Assembly (NCBI RefSeq): GCF_052425735.1
Contig: NC_135767.1
Location: 14,632,001 to 14,696,000, forward strand
DNA: 64,000 bases
Direction of reading: 5' to 3'
From: Oculina patagonica
Taxonomy: Eukaryota
In this document: piece by piece, positions 24,308-38,138 of the stretch
Numbering within the stretch: position 1 is the stretch's first letter
How the letters are laid out: each line of letters starts with the position of its first letter
Program-made: the position numbers and the translations under genes
Notes under the pieces: model-generated
The model's input: only the letters and a program-made list of their open reading frames with translations
Told to the model about the DNA's origin: nothing
Database searches by the model: none

Positions 24308-24726
24308 CCGTATTTATTCGATTGAGCGCCCAACCTCGAATAAGCGCCCACACTGAAGGTAGGAAAAGTTTATAAGCGCTCAGCCTTAAATACGCGCTTA
24401 CCCCCACCCCCCTAAAAGAGGGCACAAGAGGAATTTTGATAATAATTGAAGTTGAGATTGAAATCGACTAAGTACTACCTAAGAGGCTACCCCGAAGGCC
24501 GAGATTGTTTAGTCTTTTTACTGAAAATTTTCATGTATTGAACAGTTAAAATTCAGTTTTGGTGCATTTTCACGTTTAGTTATTATACATTGTTTTCTTG
24601 AAAAATAAACATACTACTTGCTAAAAAATGGTGAAAACTTAATAAGCGCCCACCTCGAATAAGCGCCCACTCTCAAGGTGCCAAAAAAGTAATAAGCTCC
24701 CAGTGCGCTTAATCAAATAAATACGG
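24308..24726. mobile_element. pogo/Tc1-like MITE
   Basis: TA|CCGTATTTATTCGATTGAGCGC...GCGCTTAATCAAATAAATACGG|TA; duplicated at 48381-48816. Confidence 0.85.
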
Positions 24727-26522
24727 TAAACCGAGAACTCCAATAAAAACTTCGACGACAAGTTATCTGACAAGGAAACTTGGGAGGGCGGGGAAGGATC
24801 GAATTAGCGCCGTTTGATTGGTTAAGAAGTTTGGAAAATCAATTTAAGGATGACAAAATAGATACGCATGTTAAAACATTAAATAAAACTTTTATGATGA
24901 AGTCATTGATGTTTACAGCTGTATGTAAATGATCAAATGTATAATTCAAACTTTTAAAACGAAATTTTTGCAGTCATTGCTTGCGACATAAAGGATTTGC
25001 CTTTGTTTCTAACATTGTGCATTAAATCGTGATACTATTGATATGGTTTAACTTAAACTCGGACAGTACAAAACACAATTATTCGAACTGAATGGGAAGC
25101 GTGAAAGTCAACCAAGCCAATTGATGGTTGCATCATCGCTGGGATTGTTGGAAGCTAAGCAAACCCATAAAAATTGTCAAACTAAGCCTGTCGTAAATAA
25201 TGTTTTCAGCTTTTTTATATTTAGGTTTAAAACAAAAATAACTTGACGTCATTGCGCATCCCGATATGTTGTTCGTTGCAGAAATAATAATTTTTATCGG
25301 TATATAGTTTTTTTTTAAGAAAACCGAATAGACTTTGCTGCCATTGCCGATATAAAGGATTGTCCTTGTTATAACAATGCAATTTTTTTATATTGTTAAA
25401 TAAGAACTTAGACAAGAAATGCGAGGACATATAGTTCCCCGAATTGAGTGGCAATCATGATAGTCAAAGAGGCCGATTTGAGTTTGTGTCATGCATCACT
25501 CTTTAATTGGCCAAGAAGCTTGGAAAAGCAATAAAAAAATGATCATGCGGTGATCAAACTATGACATATGACATGTCATGAAGCCATGTAGACTATTTTT
25601 ATTCATTTATTGTCGGCTATTGGAAGAATCATGGGCTATCTCTTGATGGTATCGATATGGTTGAATAAAACAGACCTCCAATTAAAAATATCGCAATGAA
25701 TGGGAATTGTAGAAGTCAATAAAGAGCTTATTTGTACCTACGTCATAACTTCTTGATTGGTTAAAAGTTCGGAAAACAAGTAAAATATGTCTATGTCTTT
25801 TATGAATTGACCAGAAGGGTGAAAAAGAAGCAACATTTCATGATAACCATATGCGAAAAGAAAAGATTGTTCAAATTGCCTTTAACCGGTTGTCGCAGAT
25901 TTTATAGTCAAAAACAAGAAAACTTGCTCTTATTGCTGATATGAAGGATCAGTGCCTCAAATTAATTAACAATGTTTGTAATCCAAATAGAAACTTTGGC
26001 AGGAAGTCATCTGCCTTGGCCTGGAGGACGACTTGTCTAATCAATGCTGCAATGTGTTTCCGTCATTGCTCTTTGATTGGTTAGAAGGAAAGAAACGACT
26101 ATATCAAAACGTCACTCAAAAATCTTTATTGGGTGTCTAATGCTTTAGCTATAGAAAATATTTTAACATTTTTTGAACTTATAACAAGAAAAGTTTAGCT
26201 ATCAATGCGGATGTGGAAAATTTGCCTTAGCTTTTAAAACGAGTTTCGAAAAATGAGCAAATTTCCCTGCGAGACTAACAGATGGCATCGCTTGACATCC
26301 CTTCTTTACATAACAGTAGTAGCTTGTGCGTAGTTAGATGTCATTTGAATAAGTAAAGTTCCTAATTAAAATGGAACGATGCATTATAATTAGTTGAGAC
26401 CAGATGGCTATAAAACAACCATTATATAAATATAAGCTAAGACAACGCGTTTTCGGTCTTTTGAAGTACTCGCTTCTATTCATCATCAAGATAATTTGAA
26501 CTCTCCACAGTGTTGCTGGAAT

Positions 26523-27371
26523 ATGGAAACCTGGTTCTGGATTCTCAGTTGGTCCCTTTCCATCCTGACGATGACTGGAAATGGATTTGTTATCTTCATT
26601 GTTTGCCGGAAACGGCAGCTTCGAACCAAAACCAACGCGTTCGTCGTTTCATTAGCATTAGCTGACTTTTGTGTGGGGATGAGCGTGGTCCTGTCACTGT
26701 TCTTCTGCGAGAGAAGTGGGTGCGACTCCCAAGTTGTGCTTTACAACCTGATAACTTTCATATGGGAATTATTTTCGTACGCATCCGCCTTGAACTTGTG
26801 CAGTTTAGTACTGGATCGCTACATGGCCGTTGTGAAACCTTTAAAATACTTGACTTTTATGAAGCGCCGCCGTGTTATACAAATGGTTTCCTTTTCTTGG
26901 GCAACTTCTATTACTTTTACTGTGTTTGTTAAGTCACTCGAGTATAGTTCAGAAAAGTTTCCTATCATTAATATTGTAAACTGGTTTTATGTGGTTTTTG
27001 AGTTATTTTTATGTTTTATTGTTACCTCCTGCTTCGCATCCATGTTAATCATTGTTTGCAATCACGATCGATCTGCCCGAACTTTAGCCAAACAGTTACG
27101 TTTTAATCATCACGTTTTGCTTAAAACTCAGGAGAAGTCTGCAGTCAAAATGATGGCGGTTGTTGTATGCTTGTTTCTTGTGTGTTATGGCATCTTCTTG
27201 CGTTGTAGTTTTGTTTATATTTTTAGTGACCACAAATCATGCAATGATCTCCAATACAAGCTACCTATTCAGGTTTTGAACTCCGCCTGTAACCCGTTAG
27301 CTTACGCCGTGTTCAAGAGAGACATTAAGAAGGAGTTTAAAAGACTGATCTATCATAAAAAATGTAAATAA
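26523..27371 (+). CDS. Intronless class A GPCR (g8), intact, 282 aa
   Basis: ATG at 26523 (METWFW) by paralog alignment; the ORF-track start is an upstream TTG. Confidence 0.95.
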   Translation: METWFWILSWSLSILTMTGNGFVIFIVCRKRQLRTKTNAFVVSLALADFCVGMSVVLSLFFCERSGCDSQVVLYNLITFIWELFSYASALNLCSLVLDRYMAVVKPLKYLTFMKRRRVIQMVSFSWATSITFTVFVKSLEYSSEKFPIINIVNWFYVVFELFLCFIVTSCFASMLIIVCNHDRSARTLAKQLRFNHHVLLKTQEKSAVKMMAVVVCLFLVCYGIFLRCSFVYIFSDHKSCNDLQYKLPIQVLNSACNPLAYAVFKRDIKKEFKRLIYHKKCK

Positions 27372-28610
27372 ATCAGTCGCTTTCATAAAGATATAATGTT
27401 AATTTGTCAATATGGCATGTTCGATTCGAATCTAAGGCGGCTCCCTTAAACTGGAAATGGAAAATAAAGGAACTGGCAACAGAAAATAAGTGAGAAAAAG
27501 ATAAAGAAAACTAATGTAATTTAATTTTACTTGTGTTCGAGGCAATAGACATAGCAAGCGTATCTCTAAATGGTGACGAAGATTTGTTATCTACCAGATA
27601 AATCCATTTGTACTTCTAAATAAACGACATACATGAAACAAACGTTGTAATTATTCCTTGTGTTTATGGAACATACAGTTTTTCCTTCTCCCCCCCCCCC
27701 CTCCCCCCCCCCCCAACCAACCCTCTTCAAAAAGCTACAAACGTTAACACCATACTTTTAATGCACGACGCATATTCTCTTGTCTATGTATTATCATAGC
27801 CCTCTTAGATTTTCTAGAGAAAAAAAAAATTATAACATACCCTACAGTGTACCTTCATTATCGAACGATAAATATGGCAGATCATGATGATTTAACGTCA
27901 ATACCATGAAATTAAAAATAAATAGAAATTTAAAATTCAAAAATGGAAAATCTGGAACTCCAATAAAATCTTCGATGACATGTTATCTGACGAAGAGACG
28001 GGGAAGAAAGGGAAAGGATCGAATTAATACTTGTACTGTTTGTTCGAAGTCATATTGGGCGCGTAATTTAAAACATCACTTTTAAATTTTTTAGATGAAA
28101 TCACTAATGTTTACAGATGTATGTTTATAAGATGGGAACGTTTGTTTGCGCACCCCACCACCTCCCCTTTTCATGCCCGCTGTGTCTCTTGTGGACGTCC
28201 TGTTCCCGTTTTATTGGTTTTAGTTTTTTTTCCCGTTTTTGTGCCCTCACCTTTACTGGGCTAATTACAATTTTTGTGATAAATGTTTTTGTAATAGGTG
28301 AGTGAAATTAATTTTTGATTAAATCGGCTGGGGGTCTTTAACTGCCCCTAGCTAGTTTTACTCCATATAGCAGTGTTCTTAGTGTTGTTTGTGCGCAGTA
28401 AACAAGCGCGGAGAATGTAGCTCATTATTAAATTATTTTTCGCCGAAAGGGAGAAGGCAAAAATAATTATACCTTCATCAGGCTATGACATAATTATGAC
28501 ATGGCACGAAGGCATGAACACTATTTTATTCATTCACTAACGTCGATAAGAAAAATCAGTGCCTATCTCTTGATGGTATTGATATGGTTCAAACAGACTT
28601 CTAAATATAA

Positions 28611-29376
28611 ATTTAACAAATTGACATCAATTTTTTATGCGTCTGTCCTGTTATTGATGATACATTGCGTCATAACATTGTCAAAGTGTTGTAGATCCAC
28701 GAGCCGCTAGGCGAGTGGATCTTCAACAAACTTTGACAATGTTATGACGAAATTTATCATCAATAACAGGATAGACGCATAAAAAAACTGATGTCAATTT
28801 GTTTTTTAAAATAACAAAAAGCCAAAACTGTTTTTAAAACGAAGGAAAGAAATCTACGGTGGAGATGTGATTGCCGTACGCCTGCAGAATCTAAATTTTG
28901 TCGCTGTAATTCGGAGAATCACACTCACAGGTTCGTAAATTAAAAGTTTGGTAAGAATACCGCCAGAAATACAAGAGAAAATTCGAATTGTTCAACTAAC
29001 CTTTAATCCACTGAAAAGTGTTCACAAAATAATCCGCTAAAACGCGGTTTAGCTTCCTAATTTCATTGAGAGCACACATTTCCGCTCACCGCCGATTTTC
29101 GGTCTGAATCCTCGATAAACATCCTGATCTCTTCGCTGTCAGGTTGCACTGGTTTCTTAAGTTTTTACCGATAAATTTTAGATGATTTCCTCATTGAAGA
29201 CTTCTAGTTTTGTGGAATAATTCTCGCCTTATCAAGAATACAGCGCTAAATCAGTGCTGAAAAGATTGACAAAGCCTTCGCTGATTGCGTCAGCTACGAG
29301 TTTCATGCGTCTGCACTCTTATTGACAATGAAAATTAGCCAATCAGCGCGCGAGAATTTGCTCAGTTATTGTAAAA
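28611..29376. mobile_element. TIR-less element with about 190-bp terminal hairpin, inserted in the upstream cassette
   Basis: Hairpin 28614-28803; other end CCAATCAGCGCGCG..TTATTGTAAAA; flanks rejoin to the cassette sequence seen at about 25670-25710. Confidence 0.7.
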
Positions 29377-30005
29377 ATCGAAATGAATGGTAGGTTTATA
29401 TATCAATCAAGAGCTGATTGGAAGTTACGTCATCACTCCTTGATTGGTTAGAAGCTCAATAACCCATAAAATATGTCAGACTTGGTGCATCAAAACGTCA
29501 ATCAAAATCTTTATGGACTAATTGATGTTCTCAGTTTGCTTTAATTTAAATTTAAAACAAGAACATGCGAATAATAAGCAGCCTTTGAGATCCTAGATTA
29601 AATAAACATCTGCCACAAGAAAAGACCGTTAAAATGTTAACCATTTATGCTTTAACTATTAACAACGAACGTTTTGCTGATGAATGTGGGTGTGGACAAT
29701 TTGCCTTATCTTTCAAAACAAGATTAAAAAAATGAGCGAAGTTTTCTGCAAGCCTAGCTGATGGTATCGGCCGACATCTTTTCTTTACATAACAGATTTT
29801 GCTGGTGCGTAGTTAGATGTCATTTGAATAAGATAAGATCGTGATAAACTAAATGGAACGATGCATTGTAATTAGTGGAGACCGGATGATTTATAAAACA
29901 ACCTTGATATGAACACGATAAAACAATGCGACGCTTTTTCGGTTGTTTGAAATACCACTCCCGATGCGATAATCATCAATATAAATCTCTACCGTAAGCT
30001 GGAAA

Positions 30006-31022
30006 ATGGAAACATGTCTCTCGATTCTTGGCTGGTTTCTTTCCATCCTGACGATGACTGGAAATGGATTTGTTATTTTCATTGTTTGCAGGAAACGGCA
30101 GCTTCGAACGAAAACCAGCGCGTTTATCATTTCATTAGCAGTGGCTGATTTCTGTGTGGGGATGAGCGTATTGCCGTCATTGTTTTTCTGCGAGATATTG
30201 AGTGAATGCAACTCACAAGGTTTGTTTTACAAAGTGAAAGCCTTCATATCGGAGCTGTTCCTGTACGCATTGGCCGTTAACTTGTGCAGTTTAGTACTGG
30301 ATCGCCACATGGCCGTCGTTAAACCTCTAAAAGATTTGACTTTTATGAAACAACGTTGTGTCGTTGAAATGATTTCCTTCTCTTGGACAATTTCAGTTAC
30401 TTTAACTGTGTTTATAAGATCACTCTTCTGTATTTCAAAAATACTTCTTATTAATAGTTTTTGAGTTATTCCTGTGTGTTATTGTAATCTTCTGCTTTGC
30501 ATCCATGTTACGCATTGTTTTAAAACACGATCGATCTGCCCGCACATTAGCCAAACAGTTACATTTTAACCATTGAGTTTTCTTCAAAACTCAGGGGATG
30601 TCTGCAGTTAAAATGATGGCAGTTGTTGTATATATGCTTGTTTTTTTGTGTTACGGAATTCTTCTGCGTTGTAGTTTGTATATATGTTCGGTGATCACAA
30701 AACATGTTATAATCATACACTCTTTTTTTTTTTTATAAGAATACAGTTTTTCCGACCCAGGCTGAATATTCTTATTTTTCTGCCGATTTATGCTTAAATA
30801 TTCTTATGAACATTCTTAGAAAATACCGTTTCACATTTCCGTTTTAACAAGTATTGGGTAATCAATTACAAGTGTTTGGTGTCCAGATCTGTATTGTGTT
30901 ACATTGTGCACATGAACGATTGCTTTTCGTTGCAGCCTGGTGGTTTTGGCTTTAAACATAGCATTCCTCACAGAGATAAAGTGACGGAAACGATAATACC
31001 TGATTTTGTTTCAACTAAAAAC

Positions 31023-31055
<33 letters not shown>

Positions 31056-31269
31056 TTCTTAAAATATTCTTAAAAATTCGCAAATTTCAGCCTCGATATT
31101 CTTATAAACTAGATTCTTAAAAAATAAAAAGAGTGTATCCAATACAAAGTGCCCCTTCTGCTTTTGAACTCCGCCGTTAACCCTTTAGATTACGCCGTCT
31201 TCAAGAGAGATATTAAGAAGGAGTTTAAAAGACTGAACTATTCTGTGATCCGTAACAAAGTGTCAGTAA
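30006..31269 (+). pseudogene. GPCR pseudogene g9
   Basis: DRY changed to DRH, deletion/frameshift at about 30455, CGA to TGA at about 30574, MITE in ECL3; TM7 and C-terminus resume at 31138. Confidence 0.92.
30718..31135. mobile_element. Tc1/mariner-like MITE inside g9
   Basis: TA|CACTCTTTTT..AAGAAT...ATTCTT..AAAAAGAGTG|TA; removal restores AAT CAT ATC CAA TAC AAA GTG (NHIQYKV). Confidence 0.88.
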
Positions 31270-32113
31270 TTTAAGCTGCAATATTTTTTTAAGTAGCTTA
31301 ACTTCGAATTCAAATCTAACAAAGCTCTTCAAGAATGTCCTCGAACCAGTTATGGTACGTCAAACACGCTCCATGGACATGGAACAGGAAGGAAGAAAGA
31401 AAACTGATGTAAAATAATTTTGTTTTAATCTGAGTCAATAACATAACAAGGGTAGCTTAAAAGGCGAAAACAGTCTTTCTTGACGAGAATTTGTAATCTA
31501 CGAGACTGTAAATCTATATGTTCTTGGTAATCATTCTTCGCGTTTTCACGACAGTTTTACTTCTCCTTTTACCCTTACAAAGCTTCAAACTTATATAACT
31601 ATACGTATTCATAAGAAACACGGACATGAATGATGAATTAAGATTAAAATAACAGTTTTCAAGAACTAAATATAGCTCGGTCCTTCCGCACTTTCAGAAA
31701 TTATTCGTTTTCCACTGAAAGCTAATCCGCCGACTTGAGAGTGAAAAAATGAAAATCGAAATTCCGTGCAGATGATGAATTACGAAAGCTTCGGGTTAAT
31801 CAAATCATTAACAGCGCGCAAAATGCTTTCTAGGCCTGAAGTCAGTCTTGGTCAGTCTTGTACGATTATATATAAGAAATTCAATTCAGCTGCTTTTGTC
31901 CGCTAATCTGTGATAAATGTCCAGTCCGTCATCATGTTTAATACATCCGCATCAAGGCAAGCCACTATTTCAATGATACACATGAAGTCGATTCGCGAGA
32001 GACTTGGCCGAAACACAACAAGGTTTTTTGGGAGGGTAGAAAACGCTGACAAAACGATTCGAGTCGTCACGACTCGTGTTACTAAAATTCGACTTTGGTT
32101 TCGATTTCTTTTC

Positions 32114-32406
32114 GAGGCGCGGTGGCCTAATGGTTAGTGCGCTGGACTCCGGGTCGAACGGTCCGGGTTCGAGACCTGGCCGGGGCACTGTGTTGTGTTG
32201 GGAAACACGTTACTCTCACAGTGCCCTCTCCACTCAGGTTTATAAATGGATACCGTCGAACTTACTTCTGGGGTTAACCCTGTGATGGACCAACATCCAA
32301 ACCAAGAGGGAGAAGAAACACAACTAGATGCTTCATGCTATAGAAAACGGGATAAGCTCCAGCCGGATAGGCCATTAGGCTCGAATGCAGACCTCACCTT
32401 TTTACC
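32114..32406 (+). mobile_element. tRNA-derived SINE
   Basis: A box TGGCCTAATGG, B box GGTTCGAGACC, central GGGGTTAACCCTGTGATGGAC, ACCTTTTTACC tail; second copy at 44020. Confidence 0.85.
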
Positions 32407-33554
32407 CCTTCGACTCGAGATGGCTGATAACTTTATTTTGTAACAAAAAGCGAAAAATACGGAAGAACTGTTAGAACTTCTTTGCGTTACAGCGTGCTAA
32501 GCCTTATGGACCTGAATGCAACGGCATTTTGACAGACATGTTTCCCCAAATTTGCAATTTTTGTGTTCCTATTAATGAAACCTAACTTTAAGGCAATTAA
32601 TTTCAACCTCCAATTAGAAATTATATCGAAACAAATTGAATGGGTTCGAGGCGTAGAAGTCGATCAAGCGCTGATTGGTAATTACCTCATCACTCCTTGA
32701 TTGGTTGAAAGCTCAGAAAACCCATAAAATATGTCAAACTCTGCAAGCCAAAACGTCAATAAAACTCTTTATGGTTTGGTCGATGTTTTTAGCTTGAATA
32801 TACGAAGTTAAGACACTGAATTAAGTATAAACATCTGCGCCAAGAGAAAAAAAAAACGTTTAAAATGATTCTTAGAGGTCTTTTGTCTGTCGCAAATTTT
32901 ATACAATGAAGCTAAAAACAAGAAAAGTTATAATTCGTGTTGCTTTCATGAAGGATTTTCCTTCGATTCAACTAAAAATGTGCGTATCCTAAATAGAAAC
33001 TTCGGCAGCAAGTTATCTGAATTGGAGGCCGGCATGTATAATTAATGCTGACAGTGTTTGCGTCATATCACTGTTTGATTGGTTAGAAGAAAAGAAAACC
33101 ACTAAAAAGTCATACTCGTCATGTCAAAACGTAAAAAGTCTTCATGAGGTGACTATTGTTTCTAGCTGTAGACGATAAATTATTGCACCATTTTATTTGA
33201 ACTAATAACAACAAAAGTTTTGCTGATCAATGCGGATGTGGAAATTTGCCTCAGCTTATAAAACGAGATTCGAAAAATAAGCAAATTTCCCTGAAAGACT
33301 AACAGATGGCATCGGCCAATATCACTTATTTACATACCAGTGGGAACTTGTGCGGTGTTAGATGTCATTTGAATAAGTTAAGTTCGTAATAAAAATTGAA
33401 CGATGCATTATAATTAGTCGAGACCAGATGGTTTATAAAACATCCTTTATATAAACAAGATAAAACAACACGTTTTCGGTCTTTTGCATTTGAAATACCT
33501 GCTTCTGCGAAAATCATCAACATTACTTGCATCTCTCTACAGTGTTGCTGGAAA

Positions 33555-34415
33555 ATGAAAACCTGGTTCTGGATTCTTGGCTGGCTTCTTTCTATCCTGA
33601 CGATGACTGGAAATGGATTTGTTGTCTTCATTGTTTGCAGAAAACGGCAGCTTCGCACCAAAACGAACGCGTTCGTCGTTTCATTAGCAGTGGCTGATTT
33701 CTGTGTGGGTATGAGCGTAGTGCCTCCGATGTTCTTTTGCGATATAGCTAGTAGATGCGATTACCTAGGTTTGGTTTACAAAGTGATTGCGTCCATAAGG
33801 GAGCTGGTTTTGTACGCATCAGCGGTGAACTTGTGCTGTTTAGTACTGGATCGATACATGGCCGTGGTGAAGCCTTTAAAGTACTTGACTTTTATGAAGC
33901 GCCGCCGTGTCATTCAAATGATTTCCTGTTCTTGGACAATTTTAGTCATTTTCACTGTTCTTGTAAGATCACTCAAGTACAGTTCAAAGATAAATCTTAT
34001 CAATAATATTGCCGGCTGGCTTTATACAGTTTTCGAGTTATTGTCGTGTGCCATTGTAATCTTCTGTTTCGCATCGATGTTAGTTGTTGTTTGTAAGCAC
34101 GACCAATCCGCCCGCACATTAGCCAAACAGTTACGTTTTAATCATCGGGTTTTCTTTAAAGCTAAGGAAAAGTCTGCAGTTAAAATGATGGCTGTTGTTA
34201 TATGCTTGTTTCTTGTGTGTTACGCAGTTGCTTTACGCTGTACCTTTGTGCATTTTTTTAATGATCGCAAATCATGTAATGATGCCGAATATAAAGTGCC
34301 TATTGTTGTTTTAAACTCCGCTGTAAACCCTTTAGCTTATGCTGTCTTTAAGAGAGACATTAAGAAGGAGTTTAAAAGACTGTTCTGTCCTGTGATTTTA
34401 ACAAAGTGTAAGTAA
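33555..34415 (+). CDS. Intronless class A GPCR (g10), intact, 286 aa
   Basis: Full 7TM ORF with all family motifs. Confidence 0.95.
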   Translation: MKTWFWILGWLLSILTMTGNGFVVFIVCRKRQLRTKTNAFVVSLAVADFCVGMSVVPPMFFCDIASRCDYLGLVYKVIASIRELVLYASAVNLCCLVLDRYMAVVKPLKYLTFMKRRRVIQMISCSWTILVIFTVLVRSLKYSSKINLINNIAGWLYTVFELLSCAIVIFCFASMLVVVCKHDQSARTLAKQLRFNHRVFFKAKEKSAVKMMAVVICLFLVCYAVALRCTFVHFFNDRKSCNDAEYKVPIVVLNSAVNPLAYAVFKRDIKKEFKRLFCPVILTKCK

Positions 34416-35351
34416 ATTTAAGCAGCGGCATCTTTTTCAAGGTAGCTTAACTTCGAATTTACCGAAGCGGAGCTAATCGTCCTTAAACCAGTCATGATAT
34501 GATAAATTCGTTATTAATAAAAAAAAGAAAGAAAACCGATGTAAAATAACTTTGTTCGAATTCGTTCTTTATGAGGCTTGTATCAACTAGCTAAATCTAT
34601 TTGTAATTCAAAATAACCCAGTTAAGAAATGTTGTAGTCATTCCTTCAGTTTAAACGATGATTTTTGTTCTTATTTCACTATTAAACTTAAATAATTATA
34701 CTTCTTTATTTGAAACACAGATATGAATTAATAGTAATGTAATAACATTTTTTAAGACAAATAAACGTGGTTCGGTCCTTTCGCACTTTGAAAATTGTGC
34801 ATTTTCCGCTTATGAAGCTAGTGCTACATGTATGTCTTGAGATTCTGAAAGTAAGAATCGAAATGAAGGTTGTAACACAATTCCTTGTAGATTTATATGA
34901 ATCATGGAAACGTGGCTTAGATCATAACATTAAGGGCGCCGAAAAAGCTGTCTAGGGCGGAAGTATCTGAGGTAAGATGGTATGGCAAGACTTATGGTTT
35001 AAGCTTTAAAATATGTTTTACCATCTACATTTGAAATACAAATAACATAATTTTTCTGATCAATGCGGATGTGGAAATTTGCCTTACATGTAGCTTTTAA
35101 AACGAGATTAAAAAATTGAGCGAATTTTTCTGCAAGCCAAACTGATGGCATCGGCCGACATCATTTCTTTCATAAAAAATGGGAGTTTGTTCTTAGTTAT
35201 ATGTCATTTGAAGTAATCTAACTCTTTAACCCTAGGACGTACAAGGGGGGGGGGGGGATGCGCCCCCCCCCCCCCAGCTAAAGATATGTAACGTTTTGTC
35301 ATTCTTCGTTCAAATGGATCAGTCGCTTCAGGTTTTCAAACACTTAAATTG

Positions 35352-35392
<41 letters not shown>
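35352..35392 (+). repeat. Poly(A) tract, 41 nt
   Basis: Direct; lies after a truncated piggyBac-like end (TTAACCCTAGGACGTAC, about 35227). Confidence 0.9.
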
Positions 35393-35394
<2 letters not shown>

Positions 35395-36274
35395 AACAAA
35401 ATTTGACCAGCAATGCACAGACAATTAATGGCTATGTTAACTATCCTTTGTCAAATTCGGTCATTGGAATACAAACAGGAACAAGTACTAGAGACCAGGT
35501 GCTGTTTAAAGCAATCCTCATATGCATATATTAGGACAAAGCTCTGGCCTCTAATAGAAAATTGAAACCCGGCTTTGAACTTTCATTCGTTTCTTCTTAC
35601 CTAAAAAAAGGTTAAAAAAAAAGGTTGTTTATAGTGGTCATGCACTTAGCTTCATATCTCTTCGAGATAGCTAGTTCACAGGAATGCCACTGAAACAGAG
35701 GAAACAGAAAATTAAATGAAAATTATCGGCGATGACCAAAGAAGTAGTGGTTTGTTTGCTAAATATCATTTACATATACGGTGCATCAGACAGGCAAATT
35801 ATAGTTAATATTAATAAAGCGTTTTAGCTGTAGACGTTACCTCACTATTTTTAATTAAACTAATAGCGAGAAGGAAGTTTCGCTAACGTTTGTTGTGATA
35901 TGAAAAAAATGCCTCAGTTTCTCAACCACGACTGGAATAATAACCGAACTTTACCAGCAATGCCCAACTGACGAAAACGTAGTAGGGTGAGTAAATCGGA
36001 AATACGTTCATCAGACGACTAGATATCTTAAAATTAGCCTTAATAAAAGCACGGTAAAATCTCTCGTCAGTGCAGCTTGACGTAAAATCTTTAAGAGGTG
36101 ACAATGATGCTTTTTAGCTGTATATTGTTTTGGACCCTTATTTGCAATCAGTCTCATAATAGCGGCAACTTGCAATTGAACGTCGTTAAATGCATTTGCA
36201 TAAGTAAAGTTCTTAACAAAAAGGGGAAGAGGTGTCCAATAGATGTGACCAGATGGTTTGAAGCAACTGTTAAA

Positions 36275-37079
36275 CTAGTGGTAACCACAGGTCAGAAAGT
36301 GCGGGCCTTGACGCACTTAGAAAAGGTACTGGTACGAGAGTGCGTAATTTTAGATGGCAGTGTCGATGAATAAATGATTAAATGGACAAAAGACAATTAT
36401 CCCGAGTAACGCGTCACGCAAGGAATGCATGTTTTTATCGTTTTGGGAAGTGTAATCGAGCACGCGGTGTGAATTGAGATGTGATTTTTCTCAGTCGGTA
36501 AACTCGCTATGTTGTGCTCGCCTTTTATTAACGTGGCGCGATTAATGATAAATCACGCTTAATTGCCGTTAACCGGCCGCGAACCAGTCAGAGTTGTTTT
36601 TTGTCGGATTGACAGTTTAGTGAAGTGTAGTCGAGCACGCGGTGTGAATTGAGATGTGATTTTCCTCGGTCGATAAACTCGCTATGTTGTCAGTGTTATA
36701 ACGAATTTCTCGAGAATAACCGTTGTTGGAATCATTCGCTTTGCCGTGGTTTATGCGTGATACAATCAGAGCAAATTTTCGCAAAAGCAACACCCGTAAA
36801 ACAAGTCTGCAAATTGTAATGTTTGCAATCTTACATGTGACAGAAGCCTAGATCTTATGTGACAATCGTTCTTGGAGAACAGATTTTCTCTTCCGGTGTT
36901 ACGACAAACTGTCGTGATTGACACATTTTTCGCATTTCGATCGTTCTTAGTGGAAGAACAAAATTTTCAACTTCCGTTTTCTGTTCGCCTTTTATTAACG
37001 TGGCGCGCACGCGTAAAACGCAATCCGCTGGTCACTGTCAAGATTAGGGTTGCGGGCCTCTCTTGGGCCCGCAATAAGT
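36275..37079 (-). mobile_element. Insertion in the g11 promoter, possibly Helitron-like
   Basis: Separates the E-box (36250) from the proximal promoter (37080). Minus strand ends hairpin AAGTGCG..CGCACTT then CTAG|T; internal 70-bp direct repeat (about 36448 and 36622). No 5' TC seen. Confidence 0.4.
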
Positions 37080-37155
37080 ACGATTAAATACCGCTTTTTC
37101 GATCTTTAGGGATACCCATATTTGTTGGTCGTCATATCTCCAGTGTAGCTGAAAA

Positions 37156-37261
37156 ATGGAAACCTGGTTCTGGATTCTCGGCTGGTTTCTTTCCATCCTG
37201 ACGATGACTTGAAACGGAATTATCATCTTCATTGTTTGCAGAAAACGGCAGCTTCGCACCA
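37156..37261 (+). pseudogene. GPCR 5' fragment g11
   Basis: METWFWILGWFLSILTMT*NGIIIFIVCRKRQLRT, then homology ends at foreign sequence. Confidence 0.9.
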
Positions 37262-37754
37262 CAGGCTTCCCATGCTCAAAAGTCGTCTTTTTGATGTGTT
37301 TTTGAGAGCCCTTCGGGCGGCCGACTCTACATACGTGGTGTATGCGACAGCTTGTGTATATAGAGAAATGTATGGGAAAATTACGGATTCTCTAAAATCG
37401 GGTAAATAACTATCTATTTTGAAATAAAGTTTGCTTACCTCAAATGTGTCGCTTACTTGTGTCTTGTGCCGAATTCGAAGCCATTTCGACGCCATTTAGC
37501 GAAGTTATTCGAAGTCGTTGTCTCCCCTTCTAAAAAGAAGGAAAGGCAGACCCTCCATCGATAGCTGGCCAGAGCTCACTCCACAAATCGCTCTCTCCTC
37601 AAAAGGAAAAGTCCCGAATCGCAATAAAACCAACAGTTCCATAAAGCCCAATAAATTTCACTCCACATACGTGTGCTTCGGCGGTCGAATGACTCGTAAA
37701 GAACGAGAAATTTTGCTTTAAATTCGCCTATTCGGCTTTCCAGATGTGTGACCG

Positions 37755-38138
37755 ACCTCGCGCCAACGGTCAAGTTTCACGCTAGGGCTCCCAAGGGATG
37801 TTTTCTGAAAGCTGTATTGTTCGCCAATCACAGCCATGTTTACATATGTCAGGGAAAAGCCGCGTAAAGATAAATCTGACACCTCCACGTGCAGAATAAA
37901 GCAAGATATTCGCGAGCATTCAAGACAAGAGAATATCCCAAAGTCGCAGGAAATTTTGTTCGATCACCGGATCGCGTCGATCAAAAACTACATTTTGTAC
38001 GATTGCGGCTTCAGGGCTTCAGCCCTAGCGTGAAACTTGTTGTCGTCTTGTCAGAGCGTGACTTGGTTCTAATGGACCAAACAGAGTTGAGGATGAAACC
38101 AGATACTTGTCGTTGAGTAACGACCGTTGGCGCGAGGT
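37755..38138. mobile_element. TIR element abutting the g11 deletion
   Basis: ACCTCGCGCCAACGGTC...GACCGTTGGCGCGAGGT (17-bp perfect TIR); no matching TSD. Confidence 0.7.

Noticed and set aside
32114-32186. tRNA gene
   Set aside because: A and B boxes are present but continue into a SINE body and tail; the second copy has a 14-bp TSD.
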